64,000 nucleotides of DNA from an uncultured delta proteobacterium (lineage in GTDB: Bacteria > Myxococcota_A > Polyangia > Polyangiales > Houyiibacteriaceae), in NCBI GenBank assembly GCA_963699755.1, contig CAVOVB010000004.1, forward strand, positions 128,001 through 192,000, read 5' to 3'. Shown one piece after another: positions 47,220 to 55,253 of the stretch; the first letter of the stretch is position 1, and each line of letters opens with the position of its first letter. The translations under genes were made by a program, and so were the position numbers. The notes under the pieces are model-generated. The model ran no database searches. It was not told the DNA's origin and saw only the letters and a list, made by a program, of their open reading frames with translations.

Positions 47220-49352
47220 TCAGTGCCCCTGAAGCGCAAGCCGCACGGTGTCCCCGTCGCGTCCCGTCGCCTTCGCAACCCCGTCATCGCCCAGAAGCTC
47301 GACTCGCAACTCCCGATTCGCCCTCGAGCGCCGACCTTCCTCTTGCCCGACCCGAACCTCCAACGCGCCGCCCCGGAGAACCGCCTCGTACGTCGTCAGC
47401 AGGTAGTCGCCTTCGCGGTAGCCAAATCCGTCGCCGGCGTCTTCGTAGAGACGGCCGGATGCGTTCCCTGACGCATCCAATGACACGATGAGCGTCAGCG
47501 GGCCCTCGACGGCTTCGTCGCTAGTCTGTCCGCCAGAACCGACTGGCAGAATCGCTCCATCGCGCAGTCGGAGGATCGGGTTCGCGGAGGTCGCCTCGGC
47601 GGTTTCTCCCGCGAGCGCGAACGAACGCCAGCGTCCCGCCGGCAGCGCGAAGTCGTGCGTCCCACTCTCGACGAGTCGAGGTTGAACCAGCACGTCGCCG
47701 CCGAGCAGGAAGGCATGATCTTCATCGCGAAGCGAAAGGTCGGCTGGATCCGCGAAGAACAGGGGGCGCGCGACCGGCAGCCCCGTCGTCGCCGCATCGT
47801 GGAATGAGGTGTAGAGATAGGGGAGAAGCCGGTATCGGCGAGTCAGCGCCAGCCGGGATAGCTCCTCGGCGCGCTCGCCGAACGACCAGGGCTCCTGGTT
47901 GCCGCGCAGGGCGTTGTGGTTCCGGAAGAAGGGCAAGAGGGCGCCCACTCCCATCCAGTGCGCAAAAAGGTCCGGGGAGGGCATACCCGCAAAACCGCCC
48001 ACGTCGGGCCCAGAGTACGGCTGCCCCGACAGGCCGAGGTTCAAAGCCATCGGCACCGACCAGTGCAGGTGCTCCCACGTCGAGCTGTTGTCACCGGTCC
48101 AGGTCGCGGCATAGCGTTGCCCACCGAGGTAGCTCGACCGAGTCAGAACGAAAGGGCGCCGATCCGGGCGGGCCTCACGCATCGCATCGTATGTAGCTTT
48201 GGACATCAAGAGCCCGTAAACGTTGTGGTATTGGGCATGGTTTCCAGGGGCGATGTCGCCGCCGCCGCGATGTCGAAGGTCCTCGGGCAGCTCGGCGCCA
48301 AGCGGCAGAATCGGGGAAGGCTCGTTCAGATCGACCCAGACCCCGTCCATCCCCTGTTCGAGAAACTCGATCGTCCGTCGCAGCCACCAGGCGCGGGTCT
48401 CGGGGCGTGTATAGTCGGGGAAGGCCGCGTAGCCGGGCCAGGTCCATTCTTGGTGTTCCCGGCCTTCGGCGTCGGTCAGGAAGTGAGATCCGGACACCCC
48501 TTCGTCATAGACCGCGTACCCCGCCTCCGCCTTGATCGCCGGATCGAGAATCCAGACCGACTTGAAGTCGAGCGCGTGCAAGTAGTCATTCGTGCCCTTG
48601 GGGTCGGGAAAGCGCTCTGGGTCGAACGTGAACACCTTGTACTCGTCCATGTAGTGAATATCGACCCAGATGACGTCGCAGGGAAGCTCGCGCTTTCGAA
48701 ACTCCTCGGCGAGCTCCCGCACGCGCGAGTCCGGGTAGTAGGAGAATCGGCATTGGTGATAGCCCAGCGTCCATCTGGGCGGAAGCTCGATTCGGCCCAT
48801 CAAGTCTGCGAGCCTCCGCAGCACTTCCTGCGGCGAAGCACCTTCGATGACGATGACCGGGAAGGGCTGCGCCGAGCTGAGCCTGATCCCGTCGCGAAGG
48901 TCGATCTCGAGCCGATAGGTCGTATCGGCAAGCACCCCAAACGCGCTGCCGTCCGCGCGCAGGGCCAAGACCCAGGGATGCGCTTGATAGAGACTCTTCG
49001 AACGCTCATCGTAGCGCGGCGCCGGCTTCCCATCCTCTTCGATGCGAAACGGCTGCTTCGCCCAGCACTCGGTGACGAAGCCATTGCGCAGGAGCGGGCC
49101 GGCAACTTCACCGGTGCCGTAGAAGCTCGTGTTGGGGTCGGTGCGGATGGCGGCGACGAAACGGTCTTGGCTGCACTCGAAGCGCGGAACCACAGGCCAG
49201 GAGCCAGGCACGGAGCCATGTGCGGGCAGCGGCTCGAGGAGCGCGAAGGAGCGCGGAAGCGTCGCAGGGTCGACGCTGGACGGAACGAAGCGGGCCACGC
49301 CATCGGCGATAAGCCCCGGTTCCTGATGCGTTGGCGCAGACACGATCCGCAC
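47220..49352 (-). CDS. GH31 alpha-glucosidase
   Basis: LGYHQCRFSY, DIHYMD, WVDLNEPS (nucleophile), HNVYG, WTGDN (acid/base), DVGGF; start may be GTG 49343. Confidence 0.93.
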   Translation of the reverse strand: MRIVSAPTHQEPGLIADGVARFVPSSVDPATLPRSFALLEPLPAHGSVPGSWPVVPRFECSQDRFVAAIRTDPNTSFYGTGEVAGPLLRNGFVTECWAKQPFRIEEDGKPAPRYDERSKSLYQAHPWVLALRADGSAFGVLADTTYRLEIDLRDGIRLSSAQPFPVIVIEGASPQEVLRRLADLMGRIELPPRWTLGYHQCRFSYYPDSRVRELAEEFRKRELPCDVIWVDIHYMDEYKVFTFDPERFPDPKGTNDYLHALDFKSVWILDPAIKAEAGYAVYDEGVSGSHFLTDAEGREHQEWTWPGYAAFPDYTRPETRAWWLRRTIEFLEQGMDGVWVDLNEPSPILPLGAELPEDLRHRGGGDIAPGNHAQYHNVYGLLMSKATYDAMREARPDRRPFVLTRSSYLGGQRYAATWTGDNSSTWEHLHWSVPMALNLGLSGQPYSGPDVGGFAGMPSPDLFAHWMGVGALLPFFRNHNALRGNQEPWSFGERAEELSRLALTRRYRLLPYLYTSFHDAATTGLPVARPLFFADPADLSLRDEDHAFLLGGDVLVQPRLVESGTHDFALPAGRWRSFALAGETAEATSANPILRLRDGAILPVGSGGQTSDEAVEGPLTLIVSLDASGNASGRLYEDAGDGFGYREGDYLLTTYEAVLRGGALEVRVGQEEGRRSRANRELRVELLGDDGVAKATGRDGDTVRLALQGH

Positions 49353-49467
49353 GATAGCGCACCAACGCCGACGCGTGTGGATCTAGAGCGTCGCGTCGTG
49401 CCGGTCGTTTGGCACCCTTCCGCACCGATCGCGACGCGCCCGCTGCCCGGAAAAAAGGATCAAGACA

Positions 49468-49505
49468 GAAGATCGAACCCATGGAAGATCGGAAGATCGA
49501 ACCCA
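49468..49505. repeat. Direct repeat GAAGATCGAACCCA x2 with an extra GGAAGATC unit, upstream of the transposase
   Basis: GAAGATCGAACCCAtggaagatcgGAAGATCGAACCCA. Confidence 0.6.
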
Positions 49506-49632
49506 CGTTGCGCTGAACGCAGCAGGCATCGGCAGATTGTCCTTTGATTTCGTGACGTGGCGCCCGCCGGCGGCCCTCCACCAAACCACCACAGTGGTCT
49601 CGCTAAGCTCCGGGAATCTCAAGAACCGCTTC

Positions 49633-49648
49633 CGGCATGGTATTCGCT
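49633..49648 (+). promoter_or_regulatory. Possible sigma54 -24/-12 promoter of the transposase
   Basis: CGGCATGGTATTCGCT: GG-N10-GC; predicted start site ~3 nt before ATG 49662. Confidence 0.4.
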
Positions 49649-49661
49649 TCTCTCCACCGAT

Positions 49662-50579
49662 ATGACCCGACCTCGCATCGTGGATCCGGGCGCCACCTTG
49701 GCGGTCTCTCGGCGCACCACACGACGGCACTTCCTTCTCCATCCCGACGACGCGCGACAGATGGAACGGGTGTATTGGTATTGCCTGGCGCACGCGGCGA
49801 AGCTTCATGGCGTCCTGGTCCATGCAGCCTGCCTCATGTCGACCCACTCCCACGAGGTCATCACCGATGTGCGGGGCGAGTATCCGAAATTTTTGCAGAC
49901 CTTGCACCGTAATTTGGCTCTGTGTACCAAGGCCTTTCGCGGCTGGCCCGAAGAAGTGTTCAATAAGGAAAGTAGCGGCGTCCATGCGTTGCTGACTCCC
50001 GAAGCGATCATCGACTCCATCGCCTATCTCATCGTGAATCCGGTTGAAGCAGGGGCGGTGCGCTACGCCAAAGACTGGCCCGGGGCGCACACACTCCCTG
50101 GCCATGTCGGGACCCGCGTCATTCGAGTTAAGCGGCCCAGGCATTACTTCGACCCTGACAACCCCGAGTGGCCTGATGAACTCGAGCTTCAGTTGGAGAT
50201 GCCCGTGGCGCTCGCGCTAGACTATGGGCCCGAGCTTGCCCGTGACCGCATTGCAGAGCGGGTGCACGACAAGCAACACCATGCGTGGAACAAGGCCAAG
50301 CGCAGCGGCCTCTCCTTTGTCGGGCCGAGGCGTGTCCTGAAACTCGCTCACACCAAGCGGGCCAAGAGCTATGAAGTGTTTGGGAGCCTCAACCCGCGAT
50401 TTGCCGCTTCGGGCAATCGAGCGGCGGCGACCGAAGCAGTGAAGCGGCTTCGAGCATTCAAGGCGCGATACGCACGCGCGCTCCAGGCGTGGACCGCGGG
50501 AGATCGAAGCGCATGCTTTCCTGAGGGCACCTGGTGGATGCGGGTCTGCCACGGAGCGCGCTGCGGACCTGGACCGTAG
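49662..50579 (+). mobile_element. REP-associated tyrosine transposase-like (HUH/Y1) gene
   Basis: MTRPR...SRRTTRR..LL.P, HAACLMSTHSHEV (HUH), IAYLIVNPVEAG (catalytic Tyr), C-terminal FPEGTWWMR. Confidence 0.85.
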
Positions 50580-50815
50580 AGTTCAGCCAGAGCCTCGGTG
50601 GATTTCGCGGCCGCGCGACGAGCACGGTGGCGTTCGGGTGCGCACCAGCGGGGCAATGTGCAAGCGGACGATCGCCATCAAGGAGCTCCTAGCGCCAAAT
50701 TCGGCGGAGCTGGGCTCATCGTCGGACCTGAGCGCGCTCGCTGCAGCTTCGCCTTCAGCCTTACGCGGGCTTCGAGCAACCCAATGCCACCGCCGACCAC
50801 GGTCGGATCTCGTCG

Positions 50816-51619
50816 GATCTCGTCCCGGGCGTGCGGGCGTCGCACGACATTACCATCACGCGCAATTACTCCATCCTGCACGACTTCCCGTTCTTCCAAG
50901 ACCCGGAGCTCCTGCAAAGACACGGCTTCCGGGTGGCGCGCTTTCATCGCGACATCCCTTCTCGCTTTGGTGTCATCCCGCGCCGCGGCGGCTCCGACCA
51001 GGTGCGCTGGTTCGAGTTCGAGCCGGGCTATGTCCTTCACATGGTGAACGCCTGGGAAGAGGGCGACTGGATCGTCATGGACGGCTGCTTTCAGCCCGAC
51101 CCCTCGATTCGGCGAAACCCCGAGGAGGGCCTGCTCGCCTCGATGCTCGCCTACCTTCGCATCAAGACCCACCTTCGGCGCCGGCGGATGAACCTGGTGA
51201 CCGGCGAATGCAAAGAGGAGCAGCTCGATGACTTGAATACCGAGTTCTCCCTGCCGGACACGCTGCCCTACGGCGAGAAGACCCGCTACTCGTATCACCA
51301 ATACCTGCCGCCCGACATGCACACGGTCGAGTTCCGCGCGCTCGTGAAGTACGACCACGAAGATGGGTCCTGCGTCCGTTACGACTACCCCGACGATTGG
51401 TTCGCAAGCGAATCGCCGTTTGCCCCGAGAGTCGGCTCGAGCAGTGAGGACGATGGCTACGTGGTCACCATCATGATGAGCCGGGACGGCCGGTCCGAGT
51501 CCTGGGTCTTCGATGCGAAGCAAATCGAGCGCGGCCCCATCGCCCCTGTTCGCTTGCCCTCACGCGTGCCGGCGGGTTTTCACGCGAAGTGGATCCCGGG
51601 CGACCGCATTTGGACCTAG
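50816..51619 (+). pseudogene. C-terminal fragment of a carotenoid/lignostilbene cleavage dioxygenase (RPE65 family)
   Basis: SHDITIT, LHMVNAWE, SESPFAPR, EDDGY, RVPAGFHAKW; only ~260 aa, and the N-terminal part with the first iron-binding His is missing. Confidence 0.8.
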
Positions 51620-51651
51620 GCCTGAGACGGGCGAGCCCAGATTTGAGGCGC

Positions 51652-52658
51652 ATGACGATGATGACGATGATGAACAAGCAGGTGCGGCTGGCTTCCCGGC
51701 CCGAGGGTCTCCCGAACGACAGCAACTGGTCTTTCGACGAATGTCCCGTCCCGACGCCGAGCGACGGCGAGGTGCTCGTCGAAATCAGCCACATCTCACT
51801 CGACCCGGCGATGCGCGTCTGGATGAACGAGGGCGCGACCTACATCGACGACGTGAAGGTCGGCGATCTGATGCGGGCCAACACAGTCGGCGAAGTCATC
51901 GAGTCCAGGTCTCCGAAGCTCAAAGTCGGTGAAACCGTCCAAGGCGTGCTCGGCGTGCAGCAATACGGGGTGGCCAAGCCCAAGGAGCTACTAAGAGTCG
52001 ACGCGGACTTGGCGCCCAGCCAAAGCTATCTCGGCGTCCTAGGCTGGCCCGGCATGACGGCCTACTTCGGCTTGCTCGACATCGGCAAAGCCGAGGAAGG
52101 CGACACCGTGGTCATCTCGGGCGCAGCCGGAGCCGTAGGCGGCGTCGCCGGCCAAATCGCAAAGATCAAAGGTTGCTGCGTCATCGGCATCGCTGGCGGC
52201 CAGAACAAGTGCGCCTACCTGCTCGACGAGCTCGGCTTCGATGGCGCCATCGATTACAAGACCGAAAACATCCGCAACCGATTGAGCGAGCTCTGCCCAA
52301 AGCGCGTCGACGTCTTCTTCGACAACGTCGGCGGTGAAATCCTCGACGCCGTCTTGAGCAAAATCGGCATGCACGCCCGCGTGGTGATCTCCGGCGCCGT
52401 TAGCCAGTACAACAACCCACGCTTCCGGGGCCCCAACAACTACATGTCGCTGCTGACCTACCGCGCACGAATGCAAGGCTTCGTGGTGTTTGACTATGCG
52501 AAAGAGTGCGGCGAGGCCGCAGCGGAAATCGCGAAATGGATAGCCGAGGGCAAGCTCAAGGAGAGAGAGCAGATCGTCGAAGGCATCGAAATTTTCCAAG
52601 CGCGTTTCTGAGACTCTTCAGCGGAGAGAAACTCGGCAAACCCGTCCTCAAAGTCTGA
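51652..52658 (+). pseudogene. NADP-dependent oxidoreductase (PTGR/CurA-like MDR), frameshifted near the 3' end
   Basis: LASRPEG, SLDPAMR, GMTAYFGL, SGAAGAVG, FFDNVGG. The reading frame stops at 52611, but the normal C-terminus (FPSAFLRLFSGEKLGKPVLKV*) continues in the -1 frame to 52658. Confidence 0.8.
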
Positions 52659-52671
52659 ATCAAATCACACG

Positions 52672-52750
52672 AACCGAGAACGGCGCCGGATGGGCAGCAA
52701 GGCAGTGGCTCCCAATCGCGAGCACGCCGGTCCCGCGCTGTTCTCCGGTT
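52672..52750. repeat. Long imperfect hairpin between convergent genes
   Basis: AACCGAGAACGGCGCCGGA (52672-52690) pairs with TCCCGCGCTGTTCTCCGGTT (52731-52750): 17 WC pairs, 1 GU, 1 mismatch, 1 bulge; inner stem TGGG.AGC/GCTCCCA. Confidence 0.55.
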
Positions 52751-52760
52751 GTACGGTTGT

Positions 52761-53222
52761 CTACGGACACCCGTCGACGCAGACTCTGAACTCGCTTTCG
52801 CAGGCCGCTACGCAGGTCTTGTCTTTCATCTCGCAGTGGCTGTTGCATCTCGCCCAGCGGTCGTTGCAGAGCGGGTTGCAGCCCGAGAGCTGGTATTCGC
52901 CGGGCGGGGCGCGCGGGTACTCGTGCTCATAGGTGGGCGGGGGCGACGGGGCGACGTCGGTCGGGAGGAGGCGGGTGGCGCCGTCGAGGGTGAGCTGCTC
53001 TAGGCGCATTTCCGCGTAGCGGATACGTTCAGGGGTCTCGTCGGCGGCATGCGATTGGAGCCAGCTGGACCAGCAGGCGCGACGCTGATCGGTGCTGACG
53101 GCAGGATTGTAGTCGGCGCCGTAGCACTGCTCATAGGCATCGTCGCGGATTTGGGCTTGTTTAAGGCTGGGTCCGCATGCAATTGAGAGCAGCAAGGCAA
53201 ATGAAAGGAGCCAACCAGCCAT
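52761..53222 (-). CDS. Cys-rich hypothetical lipoprotein
   Basis: Lipobox SIAC; C-terminal repeated Cx3C helical pairs (CNPLC..CNSHC..CVAAC..CVDGC). Confidence 0.7.
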   Translation of the reverse strand: MAGWLLSFALLLSIACGPSLKQAQIRDDAYEQCYGADYNPAVSTDQRRACWSSWLQSHAADETPERIRYAEMRLEQLTLDGATRLLPTDVAPSPPPTYEHEYPRAPPGEYQLSGCNPLCNDRWARCNSHCEMKDKTCVAACESEFRVCVDGCP

Positions 53223-53769
53223 GAGCGCGGAAGCTACCACCTCCGACCAGCCCAACCAAGCTCCCGTCAGCGCTTGGGGTACCTTCGAAGCCAGGGGGCT
53301 TGGAACGCTCTGGCTCGCCTGGACAGACGGCGGCTTGCTGCATCTTTCGTTCGAGCGTCTCGACGGCGAGCTCGTGGACGAGAAAGCCGTACCCGCCGTC
53401 TACGCAGAGCCTCTCTCTCGCTACTTCGAGGGAAAGGCGGAAGACTTCGCCGCGGTCCCGCTCGACCTTCGAGGCACCGAGTTCCAGCTTCGCGTCTGGA
53501 ACGCGCTTCGCGAGATCCCTTGGGGACAGGTCCGGACCTACGGAGGCGTCGCGCAAGAGATCAGCTCACCGCGGGCCATGCGCGCCGTCGGTCAGGCCAA
53601 CCACGTCAATCCGGTCCCGATCATCGTGCCCTGTCATCGCGTCGTCGAAGCCGGACATCACCTCGGAGGCTACGGTGGCGGCCTCGAACGCAAAAAGCTC
53701 TTGCTAGAGCTCGAAGGCGTCCGCTTTCACGAGGGCGTGGTGCAGCCCGGCCAGATGGAGCTCTTCTGA
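53221..53769 (+). CDS. ogt: Methylated-DNA-protein-cysteine methyltransferase
   Basis: GTEFQLRVW, IPWGQVRTY, RAVGQA, IVPCHRV, GYGGG; SD AAGGAG upstream. Confidence 0.93.
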   Translation: MSAEATTSDQPNQAPVSAWGTFEARGLGTLWLAWTDGGLLHLSFERLDGELVDEKAVPAVYAEPLSRYFEGKAEDFAAVPLDLRGTEFQLRVWNALREIPWGQVRTYGGVAQEISSPRAMRAVGQANHVNPVPIIVPCHRVVEAGHHLGGYGGGLERKKLLLELEGVRFHEGVVQPGQMELF

Positions 53770-53782
53770 GCACGCCCCGGCG

Positions 53783-55243
53783 TCAGCCGTAACGGGCGGC
53801 CAGCAGGCAGGCGACCACGAGTAGGCCTGCGAAGAGGCTAATCTTGTCCTTCACAGCGAAGAGCACGGGGTCGTCGTGCATCTGACTCCGCGCAGCGAGA
53901 AACCAGATCCGCATGATCCAGTACACCAGGATCAAGCAGATGCCCCAGAGCACTTCGGGCGCGGAGTAGTAGCGCATCGTTGCCGGGCTGTTGATGTAGA
54001 GCGCGAAAACCAGCACGGCCAGTAGGCCAGCGGCAGGCCCCGCCGAGGAGATGATCGGCAGGTCGGCAGGAACGTAGTTGCGGCCCGCGAGCGATAGGCC
54101 GCCATCGCCTTTGACTTGGATCAGCTCGCTGTAGCGCTTCACGAACGCCAAGCTCGTGAAGAAGAAAATCGAGAAGGCGAGCAGCCAGGGCGAGAGCTTC
54201 ACGTCCACAGCAAGACCACCAGCCACGACGCGATAGGTGAAGAGCGATGCCAGTGCGAGCACGTCGACGATCATCTGCTGCTTGAGAACGAAGCTGTACG
54301 CCGTGGTCAGCGCGACATATCCCAGAAGCACCCAGATGAACTTCGGGCTCACCCAGGCGGCGGCCAACGCAATCGACAGAGCCAGCGAGGCGAGGGACAG
54401 CAAAACGCCCTCCGGGATCGAAAGGGTGCCCGCCGCAAGCGGGCGGTTGCGTTTGCTCCGGTGCTGACGATCTGCGGAAAGGTCGACAAGATCGTTCAAG
54501 ACGTAGATCGATGAGGCGCAGAACGAAAACGAGAAGAACGCCACGATGGCCGTGAAGACCAGATTCAGGTCGGTGTACTGGTGCGAGAAGTAGAGCGGAA
54601 CGAAGAGCAGAATGTTCTTGGCCCACTGGTGGGGCCGGAGCTCCTTGATGGCTGCCTTGAGCTTCGGGGGTCGCTCCATCAAGACGGTGGCCCGGGCCAC
54701 CAACTGCTCAGCGGCACGCTGGGTGCGTGCGCTCGGGCAAACCATGCTCGCCTCATGGGCGGCCTTCCAAACCGGCAAATCGGCCGAGGAGTCTCCCAGA
54801 TACTGAAAACCGCCGGCGCCAAATCGACCCGTCAGATAGTCGGCCTTGCGACGGGCCTTGAGGTTCTTCTCGCCGTCGCTTCCAATCGCTTCGTCGAAGA
54901 GCCCCAAGTGGTCTGAAATCGCATCGGCGGTCGCCTGATCGGAAGCGGTGACGAGCAGCACACGACGCCCCTCGGCACGCGCCTCACCGATCAGGTCCAG
55001 CACCTCCTCTCGATACGGAAGCGTGGCGGGGTCCACCGGCGCGTTCTGCGCCAGGTAGCGTTTCAGCTTCGGGCGGCCCGTCGACAAGGCGGAGAGGGCG
55101 GCGAACACCTTCCAGGGCGCAGACTTGAGCAGGCCGACGAACCCCTCGGCCATCGTGTCGGTCGCCAACAGGGTCCCGTCCAAATCGACGCACAGGGGTC
55201 GCTCGGAGACGGCAGAGCTCGAATCTGTAGGCGCTGTGCTCAA
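53783..55243 (-). CDS. HAD-like + UbiA prenyltransferase fusion (polyprenyl-phosphate phosphoribosyltransferase type)
   Basis: N-terminal VDLDGTL...GDS..D; LRPHQWAKN, YVLNDLVD..ADRQH..K..RP, KRYSE, MHDDPVLFA. Confidence 0.88.
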   Translation of the reverse strand: MSTAPTDSSSAVSERPLCVDLDGTLLATDTMAEGFVGLLKSAPWKVFAALSALSTGRPKLKRYLAQNAPVDPATLPYREEVLDLIGEARAEGRRVLLVTASDQATADAISDHLGLFDEAIGSDGEKNLKARRKADYLTGRFGAGGFQYLGDSSADLPVWKAAHEASMVCPSARTQRAAEQLVARATVLMERPPKLKAAIKELRPHQWAKNILLFVPLYFSHQYTDLNLVFTAIVAFFSFSFCASSIYVLNDLVDLSADRQHRSKRNRPLAAGTLSIPEGVLLSLASLALSIALAAAWVSPKFIWVLLGYVALTTAYSFVLKQQMIVDVLALASLFTYRVVAGGLAVDVKLSPWLLAFSIFFFTSLAFVKRYSELIQVKGDGGLSLAGRNYVPADLPIISSAGPAAGLLAVLVFALYINSPATMRYYSAPEVLWGICLILVYWIMRIWFLAARSQMHDDPVLFAVKDKISLFAGLLVVACLLAARYG

Positions 55244-55253
55244 GGTTTTGCCC

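Noticed and set aside
49410..49424. sigma54 site TGGCACCCTTCCGCA
   Set aside because: The GG-to-GC spacing is 9 nt rather than the required 10.
52585..52600. Programmed -1 ribosomal frameshift in the oxidoreductase
   Set aside because: The zero-frame heptamer A-ATT-TTC is not X-XXY-YYZ and I know no precedent in this family; mutation or sequencing error is simpler.
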